A stretch of 64,000 bases of DNA from positions 28,768,001 to 28,832,000 of the forward strand of contig OX597818.1 of the NCBI GenBank assembly GCA_951406725.2, written 5' to 3'. Under the pieces are notes generated by a model. The model did no database searches. It worked only from the letters and a program-made list of their open reading frames with translations, and was not told the origin of the DNA. This DNA comes from Octopus vulgaris (Eukaryota). Position numbers and translations under genes: made by a program. Shown piece after piece: positions 53,098-64,000 of the stretch. Each line of letters starts with the position of its first letter. The first letter of the stretch is position 1.

Positions 53098-55343
53098 ACG
53101 TAGCAGAAAAGAAGAAGTTTGCCAATGTCCAGCGACGCGAGGATCAAAGAGCTGAAGTATTTCGGATTGCCAGACAGTGTGTCAGAGAAAATAGGGATGT
53201 TATAGGAGAGAAATGTGTCCGCATGGATGATGGGGCACTTGCTTTTACTGCTAGTGAAAAGAAAGAGGCTTGGAGAAGCCATTATGAAAGACTGCTGAAT
53301 GAGGAGAATGAATGGGAGGAGGAGAGCCTGCCAAATGTTGACCCAGTAGAGGGACCAGCTACCCGAATTGACAGCTCCCTTGTAGATAAGGCAATTAAGG
53401 ATATGAAACCAGGCAAAGCCCCTGGCCTATCAGGAATCACTGCTGAGATGCTTAAAACAGCTGGCTATGTGGGCTATACCATAGTCACCCGCATTGTAAA
53501 CCAGGTAGTTCACAATGGAGTCATACCCAATGACTGGTGCAGCAGCACCATAGTCAACTGCTACAAGGGTAAGGGTGATGCTCTAGATAGAAATAACTAC
53601 AGAGGTATCAAACTGTTGGACCAGGTGATGAAGGTCTCAGAGAAGGTCATAACCCATCTCATTAGGGAGAGAGTCTGCTTAGATGAGATGCAATTCGGTT
53701 TTGTACCAGGTAGAAGCACCACTGATGCTATATTCCTGGTCCGACAACTGCAGGAGAAGTACCTAGCCAAAGATAAACCCCTCTACATAGCTTTTGTAGA
53801 CTTGGAGAAAGCCTTTGACAGGGTTCCCCGTTCCCTCATCTGGTGGTCGATGCGGAAACTGGAGATTGAAGAATGGCTAATAAGGGCTGTACAGGCTCTA
53901 TACAGAGAGGCTGTCAGCAAGGTTAGGATTGGCAATGAATATAGTGAAGAATTCCGGGTAGAAGTAGGTGTTCACCAGGGCTCAGCCCTCAGTCCCCTTT
54001 TATTCATCATAGTCCTTCAGGCAATAACAGAGGAATTCAAAACGGGATGCCCCTGGGAGCTCCTCTATGCCGATGACCTAGCTCTCATAGCAGAATCACT
54101 ACCGGAACTAGAAGAGAAATTTCGGGTGTGGAAGCAAGGGTTGGAATCAAAGGGCCTTAGAATAAATGTAGCAAAGACCAAAGTATTAGTAAGCAGCAAG
54201 AGGTACTCAGCACACACCCCCTCGGGTAGGTGGCCCTGCTCAATCTGTAGGAAAGGTACAGGTAGAAACTCCATAAGATGCACCCAATGTAAGTTATGGA
54301 CACATAAGAGGTGCAGCAACATTAAAAGGAAATTAACAGATAAGATAGCTTTCATGTGCGGCAGATGCACAGGGACAATAGACACAACATCACTCAGAAA
54401 ACAGATTCCATCACACTCCAGGGAGAGAAACTAGAAGTAGTTGATAGTTTCCGCTACCTGGGTGACCAAGTTAGTAGCGGAGGTGGATGCACAGAGAGTA
54501 TCACCACTAGAATACGAATAGCCTGGGCAAAGTTCAGAAAGCTCCTACCCCTACTGGCAACAAAAGGTCTCTCCCTCAGAGCGAAAGGTAGATTGTATGA
54601 TGCATGTGTGCGAACTGCCATGCTTCACGGTAATGAAACATGGGCTGTGACTGCAGAGGACATGCGTAGACTTGAAAGAAATGAAGCTAGCATGATCCGC
54701 TGGATGTGTAGTGTCAGTGTGCACGCAAGACAGAGTGTAAGCATCCTAAGAGAAATGCTGGATATAAGAAACATCAGATGTGGTGTGCAAGAGCGACGCT
54801 TGCGATGGTATGGTCATGTGCTGCGGATGGATGAAGAGAGATGTGTGAAGAAGTGCCACTCCCAAACAGTTGAAGGTATCAGGGGAGAGGTAGACCCAGG
54901 AAGACATGGGATGAGGTAGTCAAGCATGACCTCAGAGCATTGGGCCTCACTGAGGCAATGGCGAAGGACCGAGATCTCTGGAGATATGCTGTGACTGCAA
55001 AGACCCGGGCTGCTTTCTGCAGCAATTCCACATACCCCCTACCCATTCAAAGTACCCCGGATCCCCAAAGTACCCCGGACCCAGTTGCCCCCGTGCCGCT
55101 GGCATGTTAAAAGCTCGAACCGATCGTGACCGATGCCGGACCCCCCGGCCCCTGTGCAGGTGGCACGTAAAAGCACCCAATCCACTCACGGAGTGGTTGG
55201 CGTTAGGAAGGGCATCCAGCCGTAGAAACTCTGCCAAATCAGACTGGAGCCTGGAGCGGCCCCTGGCTTCCCAGACCCCGGTCGAACCGTCCAACCCGTG
55301 CTAGCGCGGAAAACGGACGTTAAACGATGATGATGATGATGAT
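53098..55343 (+). mobile_element. RTE LINE, 5'-truncated, well preserved, (GAT)n tail
   Basis: RT ORF 53223-54434, C-terminal frame 54356-54919, 3' UTR ending aaacgatgatgatg. Confidence 0.96.
53223..54919 (+). pseudogene. RTE ORF: reverse transcriptase, embedded C4HC3 finger, thumb/C-terminal region; frameshift near 54390
   Basis: QFGF, DLEKAFD, GVHQGSALSPLLF, YADD, GLRINVAKTK, CSIC..CTQC..HKRC..CGRC, FRYLG, RLRWYGHVLRM. Confidence 0.93.
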
Positions 55344-56399
55344 ATATATATAATGTGTGCATATGTAGTCAGATTGAGCTGAAAATATGCCCACCTATGT
55401 TAAAAGTGCTAGTGAGTTTGCTCAATTGAAAGGCATGGCCTCTCGGGCAAAATTCCTCATCTTTTAAAATGTAGCCTACGTAGACCCAAATGCAATTGGG
55501 TTATAATACCAAAACAAGTAAAATAATGATAAACTATTTTAATTCTGAGCAAGGCTGGGTATATCTGTGTAATCTATAAAATGAAGAAGGCGAACGTTGA
55601 TACAAATTGGATTTTTATGTAAAAAGGGATCTAAATGGGGCTGGAAGGGGATTAAAATTTACAGGAGGGGTTAACTTGAGGTGAGAAATTGATTGGGAGA
55701 CGTTTTGGGGTGCTACAGTAGTTGCTTTGGTGTGAAAACAGAGATTTTATTGATTTGGGGGGACACTTGGGGTCTAGATTGGACATTGTTTGCCCAATTT
55801 CAATGAAACTTTCAACATGATAAAGTGGAAGTGGATTTTTAATTTAAGTGGGGCAATCTAATTTTTTTTTAAATGGGAGAGAGATAGATAGAGAAAGATA
55901 AAGAGTAAGAGAAAGCGAGGGAGAGTCCGAGAGAAAGGAAGAGTAAGAGAGTGGGAAAGTGAGAGAGAAAGGAGAGAGAAAGAAAGAGGGAGAATGTGGC
56001 GATAAGAAACAGAAAGTAACAACCACACCCTCACCCACGTGTAGAGCGGGTCACCTTAAACTAGTTGAATTATATTTGTATATAATCATCTACAATATGT
56101 CTTTTGAATCCACTCTTCGATTTGAGGTTTTCTTCGATTTTTATAATTGGTTGAATTTCTATTGAATTCATTTATTTTGTTTATTTTGTACATTGCTTGC
56201 TTAAGACTGTTAACTGAAAGGACCAATGAAACAACTCTATTTTAAAGGTGTATCCTTTAACTAGTTTTTGATCATATCGTTATTTCTGTTCTGTTTTAAC
56301 AAAACTGTCCAACGAATGGGAACGTGAAACTCTGAGTAACAGCTTTTGTTATATTTCTGCTGCTTTTCAATAAAGTGTATATATATATATATATATATA

Positions 56400-58641
56400 T
56401 GGGCTAGCAACCATTATCTCGGCCTATGCCCCTCAGCCAGGGCTACCCAATGAACAGAAAGACCGATTCTATGACACCCTCTTGCAGACTACCTCATTGA
56501 CAAATGACAGGGACCTTCTATTTGTGGCTGGTGACTTTAATGGACATGTTGGACAACATACAGGGGGCCTCCATGGCATACATGGAGGCTACAGTTCTGG
56601 TTCCCACAAAGAGGAAGGAACCAGGATGCCTGAGTTCTGCGATGCAAATGATCTTATGGTTTGCAATACTAACTTCAGGAAAACTGCCAGTCACCTACCG
56701 TTCTGGCAGACACACTAGCCAAATTGACTACATCCTTGCCAGAAGGGGGAAAGATGGCTGCTTATAAATGCCAAAACCTTCCCAGGCGAAGAATGTACCC
56801 CACAACATAGACTGGTAGTTAGTGACTTGAAGATCAGGGCTAAGTGGATGCCCAGAAGATGACCAGCATGGAGGAGAAGGGTCTGGAAGCTTAAAGATCC
56901 TGTGAATGGACAGAGATTTAGAGACATATTACTCGAAGCCTTTGAATGAAATAGAAGGGGATATAGCTTCACACGATGTAGAAGACAATTGGAGGTTTCT
57001 ACGGGACAACCTGCTAAGGGCCACTGACCAGATCTGTGGATGGTGTAATGTCCCCTCTTGACCCAAAATAACGTGGTGTTGGAACAATGTTGTTGACAGG
57101 GCTATTAGAGAAAAGAAACAGACTTGGAAGGACTGGAAGAATAGTGGTAGCAGGGAATTGTATCAGACTGCCACACGTGAAGCTAGGAGACAGGTTTATT
57201 TAGCCAGAGGGGAAGCAGATAAGAAAAAATTTGCCAATGTTCTGTGCTATGAAGACCAAAGACTTGAGGTATTTCAGGTTGCAAGGTGTGTGAGAGAGAA
57301 TCGTGATGTAAGAGAGAAATATGTCTGCATGGATGATGGTTCCCTTGCACTAAATGAGGCTGCAAAGAGAGAGGTTTGGAGACGCCACTATGAAAGGTTG
57401 CTGAATAAAGAAAATGAATGGGAGAAAGAGTCTGCCGAATGTTAACCCAACAGAGAGACCAGCTATGCAAGTTAACAGCACCTTGGTAGATAAAGCAATT
57501 AAAAGTATGAAGACAGGAAAAGTCCCTGGCCCATCAGAAATCACTGCAGAGATGCTCAAAATATCTGGCAGTGTTGGTTATAGCCTAGTCACCAGTATAG
57601 TTAACTGGTGTAGCAGCACTATAGTAACATGCTACAAAGGTAAAGGTGACACTTTAGATACGGATATTTACAGAGGTATCAAGTTGTTGGATCAGGTAAT
57701 GAAGGTCACAGAGAGGGTCATAGCTCAACTAATTAGGGAGAGAGTCAGTTTAGATGAGATGCAGTTTGGGTTTGTGCCAGGGAAAAGCACCACTGATGCT
57801 ATATTTCTAGTAAGACTAGCAGCAGGAGAAACACCTAGCCAAAGATAAACCTCTGTACCTGGCTTTCGTTGACATGAAAGCCTTTGCTGTGTAAAAAAGT
57901 GCCACACCCTAGCGGTTGAGGGAACCTGTGGAAGAGGTAGACCCATGAAGACCAAGGATGAGGTGGTGAAGCATGACCTTTGAACATTAGGCCTCAGTGA
58001 GGCAAAGACCAGTGACCGAGACTTTGGAAATATGCTGTGCTCGAGAAGACCTGGCAAGCCAAGTGAGACCTTAACCTTGTGGCCTATGCCAGGGGTGTAA
58101 CCAGCCCACTTATGTGTACCTTTCCTTCATTGGACACTAAACACTGCTTGTGAAGACCCGTTGAGACAAGTGAAATCGGAATCGAAATCAAATTCGATGA
58201 CTGGCATCCATGCTAGTGGAGCGCTAAGAGCACTATCCCTGCATGATTGTGGCCAGAGCAGCGAACCGGCTTCCCTGCCGGTGGCACATAAAAAGCACCA
58301 GTCAAGCATAATCATTTCTAGCGTTGCCTTACTGGCATGTGATAAAACATTTGAGGTCGTTGCCAGTGCCGCTGGACAGGGTCCTGTGCAGGTGGCATGT
58401 AAAAAACACCATTTGAGTGTGGCCGTTGCCAGTACCGCCTGACTTGCCCTCGTGCTGGTGAAACGTAAAAGCACCCATTACACTCTCAGAGTGGTTGGCA
58501 TTATGAAGGGCATCCAGCTGTAGAAACTCTGCCAGATCGGATTGGAGCCTGGAGCAGCCATCTGGTTTGCCAGTCCTCAGTCAAATCGTTCAGCCCATGC
58601 TAGCATGGAAAGTGGACATTAAACGATGACGATGATGATGA

Positions 58642-58645
<4 letters not shown>
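56400..58645 (+). mobile_element. RTE LINE with AP-endonuclease region and internal deletion
   Basis: SAYAPQ, VAGDFNGHVG, SQIDYIL, QHRLVV; RT breaks near 57885 and resumes at CVKKCHTLAVEG; tail to (GAT)n. Confidence 0.92.
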
Positions 58646-58684
<39 letters not shown>

Positions 58685-58686
<2 letters not shown>

Positions 58687-60372
58687 TAGATATGTTTCGA
58701 CCAAAGATTGGTCCAGGCCATGTCTAACTTAATAGCACCACCTGATAGGATTATTTGAATCATGTTTAAGTCAAGTTTTGTTTATGGTCCATTCAAGTAG
58801 TGAGTTTTTGTTGGGTGAGTTGTATCCAATTATGGGTGGCTTATCTGGTATTCCTTGAAGGAATCTATCCAGACTCCGTTTAAAGTTGATGGGATCCTTT
58901 TCCTCTTTGATCTCTTTTGGGACAATGTTAAATAGGGCAGGGCCTGTTGAGGAAAAGAAATTATGTTGCAGGGTACATGTATGCTGTGATCTTGAATTGG
59001 GCAGGGGACGTATGGCCCGTGGTCCCAGTCTTGGATGAACCTTGAAGCTAATGTTCAGGTCGTTTGGGCAAAGTTGGCGGTATATTCTCCACATTGTACA
59101 AATGATGTACCGCTCATGGCAACGCTGGAGAGAGTAGAGTTTCAAGGCTTTAAGGCGATCCCAATAATCGAGAGCAGCCATGCCTTCAATTCGTTTAGTG
59201 AGTCCCCTCTGGGGTGATTCAATCCTCGAGATGTTTTGTCTTGTATTGGGACACCACAGTGGGCAGCAGAATTCGAGGTGTGGCCGTACAAATGAGGAGA
59301 AAAGTGGTATGATGACACCTTGTTCTCTGGACCGGAAAGTTCTTAAGATCCAGGAACTCATCCTACGAGCTATATCGACCTTATTGTTGATGTGTGTACT
59401 CCAACTGAGATTGTCATCAACAATTGCACCCAGGTCTCTGATATTGTTAGAGGCTGTGATCGGTTCCCTTGAAGGAAGAGAGTATGGCTGTTTTAGTGAG
59501 GAATTTCTTCCAAAATGCATCAGCTCAAATTTTCCCTCGTTCAGTTGCATTTTGTTTCTGTCTGCCCATTGACTCACAGCATATAGATCAGACTGGAGTT
59601 GAGTTCGGTCTGCTTCTTCATTGACGATTTGCTGGAGCTTAGTGTCATCAGCAAATATTTTCACTTTGCAGTAATGTATGACACTGGAAAGGTCGTTTAT
59701 ATAAATTATGAAGAGTAGCGGGCCCAAGACAGTCCCCTGGGGGACACCGCTGGTGACTTTTGCTGGGCTTGAGTGGACTCCATCAACTACAACATGTTGT
59801 GTTCTATTCACCAGGAAATACTTAATCCAGTGTAGAACTTTTCCACGGATTCTAACATTTGCCAATTTTGAGAGTAGGATATTATGGTCTACCCTGTCGA
59901 ACGCTTTACTTAAGTCAAGATATATGACATCAGAGTTCGAACCTGTTCCCAAGGCTTTGAGTACATCTTCAATGTGGTGTAAGGGCTGTGTTAGACAGTC
60001 TCTGCCACAGCGAAAGCCATGCTGATTTGCATTTAGGAGTTTGTGGGTCTCCAGGAAGTCAGCTATCCTTGATCTTAACACTCTTTCAAACACTTTAATG
60101 ATGTGGGAGATGAATGAGATTGGGCGATAGTTGACTGCGAGGGATCTGTTTCCTTGTTTGAAAACCGGGATGACTGACTAGGATAGAAACTGTTTTGGTA
60201 TATAACCTGCGTCTAACGAATTTCTCCAGAGGTTGGTCAGAGGGACTGCAAGTTGGTGTCTACATTCCTTCAGGAGACTAGCAGGGAATCTATCAGGGCC
60301 TACAGCAGAGTAGTATTTGACCTCATTTATTGCTGCTATGATGTCAGTGGCAGTGAAGGTTATGTCTGAGAT
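58685..60372 (-). mobile_element. CR1/L2-group LINE, 5'-truncated
   Basis: 440-aa frame 58771-60093: NQHGFR, YLDLSKAFDRVDH, SGVPQGTVLGPLLFIIYIND, FADD, RDLG, VRPHLEFC..W.P, LYSLQR; upstream GPDRFPA..LKEC. Confidence 0.94.
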
Positions 60373-60722
60373 TTTAATATACATATATATAACTTTACAG
60401 GTTTGTTTTTTGATAGATATTAATTGGCTCTATTTATGAAATCGTAAGTACTATCCTTTTTCTAGACATATTGGTAATTCACGTTTTAATTCAGCACTAG
60501 TTTTATTTTACTACTATTTATACACCCTGAAACTCCTATGTAAAGACATAACCCACAAATTATTTCTCTAGTTCATTTGCTAATTCACTCTTTTTCCTAT
60601 CAATTTCAAGTTTCACACTGCAAGATGGTATGATTTTAATGTATTGAGCCTTCTAGACTCATCTCGAGGCCTTGGTCTTTCCTGTTCCCTCTTCTCTTCT
60701 TTTATTTTATGTATTTGTATTC

Positions 60723-60836
60723 ACTCTGATGAAGCTTCATGTACTAGATCGAATGTGCTATAAATATGATGAATATTTTGTTCGGAATTTTCTTAGTAAG
60801 CATCCATTGACATTGGCAGCTGAAACAGCTGTAAGA
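60723..60836 (+). ncRNA. hammerhead-like motif with canonical core and long loop II
   Basis: CTGATGA(60726)-AGCT-(about 80 nt)-AGCT-GAAA-CAGCTG-TA-aga; stem I short. Confidence 0.55.
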
Positions 60837-61767
60837 AATGTTTTCTATTAAAAAATAATTAACTCATTTTGGTCAATTTGTTTGTTTCTCCATTTTCTGC
60901 TTTTTAAAATTTTTATATATATGTGTGCTTGTGTGTGTGTTTATATCTTTAAGTTTTGACATCTTAATCTATATAATAATGTAGAATTTGGAAAATTTAA
61001 TTTTTTAGTAGATTAATTCAGAATATTTTGAATCTTTCTAGTGCAAATTCTTGTAGTTACTGTAAAATACATCATTATATTAGTAATTTAATATTAATTA
61101 CAAATTACAAATAAAATATGTATAAATACATTCATTTAATTTATTAATTAACTGATGATATCAATAATAATAATAATAATGATAATAATAAATGAATATT
61201 TTTATTTGACTTACTAACTAAATTTAATAACCACAATAATAATTCTTATAGTATTGTATAGTTTATAGCTTGTATTCTTATTACAGCAATGTAATTTTGT
61301 TACTTCTGAAAGAATTAATAAAATTTGGATATATACTATTTATAGTTATTTATCTAAAAAATAATATTAGTTAGATCTTATGGTGGATAGGTACTCAATC
61401 CTTGTTTTTGCTTATCTTACTTTATTTTATTTACTGAGTTCTCCCTTCCATAATATATGTATATAGGGACATTTACTTATTAGTTACTGTGAATAATCCT
61501 TATTTAAGTAACTTATATATCCATTTATTATAGCCTAAATCTATAGCTATGAGGTAATATAGGTCGTAGTTTTTGTAGCTCTAAGTTTCTCTTCATATTT
61601 ATTATGGAATTCTCTCTCTGATAAACTAAGTAAATAAAGAAAATTTCTTTATTAGGTTTCTCTTCAAATTTATTACAGAAATATCCCACGGATAACCTAA
61701 GTAAGTAAAGAACATCTGTTAACACTATTTACATTTGACAGATATTTGTCCTCATCTTGTTTGTTAT

Positions 61768-61812
61768 TAAAACGTTTTGGCTGATATACCCTTCCAGCCT
61801 TCATCAGGTGTC
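61768..61812 (-). ncRNA. hammerhead motif in inverted PLE terminal unit (GAAA>AAAA)
   Basis: acac-CTGATGA-A-GGCTG-gaagggtatat-CAGCC-AAAA-CG-TT. Confidence 0.6.
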
Positions 61813-62740
61813 TTGGGGAAATTTTGAACCTGGGTTCTCATTCCTAAGGTATCTGTCGATGTTATTATTATTATTATTATTCAGATCACTACCTGGAATC
61901 GAACTCAGAATCTTGGGGTTAGTAGCCCGTGCTCTTAACCACTACACCATATGCCTGTGGTTTCTTCATCTTTTTCTATTAGGATTTTTTTTAACAGCTG
62001 GATTTTATTTAGTTTTTATCTAATGAAATTTTTCATGTTTTATCAAAAACATGAGTACGTGTCATAAAATTTACTTAGTACCTAAAACTCAGTCGGCAAG
62101 CATCCACCTACATAGCCATAAAAACCTGTCTACCCTATGTGAAAGGCCTCTCCAAAAAGATACAAAATATATGTAGCCCATATGATATCAGGACAGTATT
62201 CAAGAGTAATACAACGCTTCACAAATATCTCCTTCGAATAAAACCACCAATAGAAGAGAATATTACCAAAGACAACGTGTACTTCATCCCGTGCAGCTGT
62301 GGTAGGTTCTACAAAGGCGAAACATGCTGCCCCCTCAAAATAAGGGTAGATGAACATTGCAAAGCTATGAAATGAGGAGATATTGATAAATCAGGTATAG
62401 CTGATCATGTATGGAAAAATGGAGACCCCCACCCCTGTGGGATGAAGTTAAAATAAGAGACAGAGAACACCACTGTAAAATACAGAAACTGAAAGAAGCA
62501 GCACATATGCAAGGACACAACAACCTCCTAAGCAGGTCGAGTGCAGATATGAGCAGCATATGGGAACCGGTATTAAGGAAGGATAGAAAAATATTAGATT
62601 TATAAGCCCTAAAATTCACTCCATAATTGCCATGGGCATATGGCTTAGTGGTTAACAGCACGGGCTACTAACCCCAAGATTCCGATTTCAATTCCTAATA
62701 ATAATTAGGAATGAGAACCCAGGTTCAAAATTTCCCGAAG

Positions 62741-62785
62741 ACACCTGATGAAGGCTGGAGGGTATATCAGCCGAAACATTGCGTT
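62741..62785 (+). ncRNA. hammerhead motif in PLE terminal unit
   Basis: acac-CTGATGA-A-GGCTG-gagggtatat-CAGCC-GAAA-CA-TT-gcgt. Confidence 0.7.
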
Positions 62786-63625
62786 AGCAACAAACAAGAT
62801 GAGGACAAATATCTGACAAATGTAAATAATGACAAATGTAAATATTTACTATCACCTTCTAGCAACGGGACCAGCATACCAACCTAGCTTTGGGTATTTC
62901 TGCCTCTCTTCTGTACTGGACATTTCGTCTGTTAGAGATAGCACCTCAGCTTGCAATATATATAAATTCAAGTGATACAAAATATATGTAGCCCATATGA
63001 TACACAACAAGCTGATTTCACAACAAGCTAAAAAGCTAATTCTAAAATCTCTCTAAGAGATGATCACAATAGTTGTACTAGCAAGTAATGTTCATAGCCA
63101 CTTCAATATGGCTGTTTTATTCAAATACTGCAATTATTTAACCTTGACATCTCCTCTAGCTAGTTAACAATGCACAGCTGCATCCAATATATCGTGAACT
63201 CCTGCCAACTTCTAGCAACAGGAACAGCATACCAGCCTGGTTTTGGGTTATTTCTGCCTCTCTTCAGTACTGGACACCTCGTCTACTAGAGATGACAGTA
63301 GCTCACAATATATATAAATTCAAGTGACAACAGTCACTGATTTTGCAACAAGCTACAAAGGGGGGTCAGGGTTTATTAAGCCTAGTGGTAGTAGTAGTTG
63401 AGGTGGAAGGTGGGGGGAAGAGGGAAGGGTGGTTTAAATAGCATGTGAATGGTAACCTTTGTGTTAGTCTGTATATATATATAAAGAAACCAACACTGAA
63501 AAATATTTTCTCCTCCCACTACTTTCTGTCTAAATACTACCCAAACCCTCCTTCTAATACGCTTAGTTCCCCACAAAATCATTCCATTTTTAATCTCATT
63601 TCTGTCAACACCTCAATGTAAAATT

Positions 63626-63708
63626 CTTCCCTGAAGATGGAGGCTGGTATTATCCAATTTACAAATCATTATTTTGGACCACCAATCCCCAAGAAACAGC
63701 TGTTAGAG
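63626..63708 (+). ncRNA. hammerhead-like motif
   Basis: CTGAAGA(63631)-TGG-(about 47 nt)-CCAA-GAAA-CAGCTG-TT-agag. Confidence 0.5.
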
Positions 63709-63873
63709 TTGAAATACTGTTATTCAACTACTTTAATTATGGATGTCATTTCCATTCTGTGTAAGTCAGACCATTTTTAGGGTAAACTTATGTACTATTT
63801 TTAGATTAAATGTATTTAATATTTTTTGTATATTGACTTTCCTAAGTTGCTTACTCTTACATTTATATATATA

Positions 63874-64000
63874 CTAGCAGAGTTACCTGGCATTGCCTGA
63901 GTTACATACAATTGAAGAATTAGACTTTTCTGTTATATTATCTGTAATGAACTGGAATACCTATGTTTCAAATTTCATCAAAATTGCAGATGAGGGTTAT
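63874..64000 (-). mobile_element. Helitron-like 3' end
   Basis: a-CTAG-cagagttacctggcattgcctgag: CTAG/T terminus with a decayed subterminal hairpin; same actagcaga start as 20078. Confidence 0.6.

Larger units (their letters stand above)
61726..62845 (+). mobile_element. Penelope-like element 3' fragment flanked by inverted terminal units
   Basis: LPYVKGLSKKIQ..VFKS...NVYFIPCSCGRFYKGET...LKIRVDEH...SGIADHVW...LKEAAHM (62128-62605); 61726-61960 is an inverted copy of 62630-62832. Confidence 0.9.

Noticed and set aside
58685-58735. Hairpin followed by GAAA (gaccaatctttggtcgaaac, minus) as a hammerhead
   Set aside because: No CTGANGA core; better explained as the CR1 3' stem-loop.
60960-61725. 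Very AT-rich stretch with a motif (gcaaaaacaaggattgagtacc, minus) resembling small-subunit rRNA or a NUMT
   Set aside because: Other rRNA landmarks are absent or wrongly spaced; the minus translation (KCPY..KGELSK..KVR) fits a decayed PLE endonuclease at least as well. Unresolved without a search.
62630-62700. tRNA gene (also 13856-13935, 41322-41405, 61890-61958)
   Set aside because: A/B boxes are present but there is no complete cloverleaf with acceptor stem; these are SINE-type heads.

Overview
AT-rich, repeat-saturated eukaryotic DNA with no prokaryotic gene organisation. The mix of (TA)n/(TG)n/(GAT)n microsatellites, tRNA-headed SINEs and abundant RTE LINEs resembles a cephalopod (Octopus-like) genome; this assignment is inference. 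Almost all recognisable coding sequence is transposon-derived: an apparently intact hAT element (14153-17928; 713-aa transposase, TIRs, 8-bp TSD), two Tc1 copies, mariner/pogo/Helitron remnants, RTE, CR1 and R4-like LINE fragments, several Penelope-like (PLE) fragments and many fold-back elements. Most short ORFs in the supplied track are microsatellite or antisense artefacts. The most interesting unexplained signals are: (1) a chain of 17-39 nt candidate micro-exons on the minus strand that join into one open frame across about 49 kb; (2) a dispersed set of minimal hammerhead-ribozyme motifs, including a tRNA-head plus hammerhead unit present as an inverted pair around a PLE endonuclease; (3) a C4HC3 PHD-type finger embedded in an RTE reverse transcriptase ORF. 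All boundaries were read by eye; those of degraded repeats are approximate.
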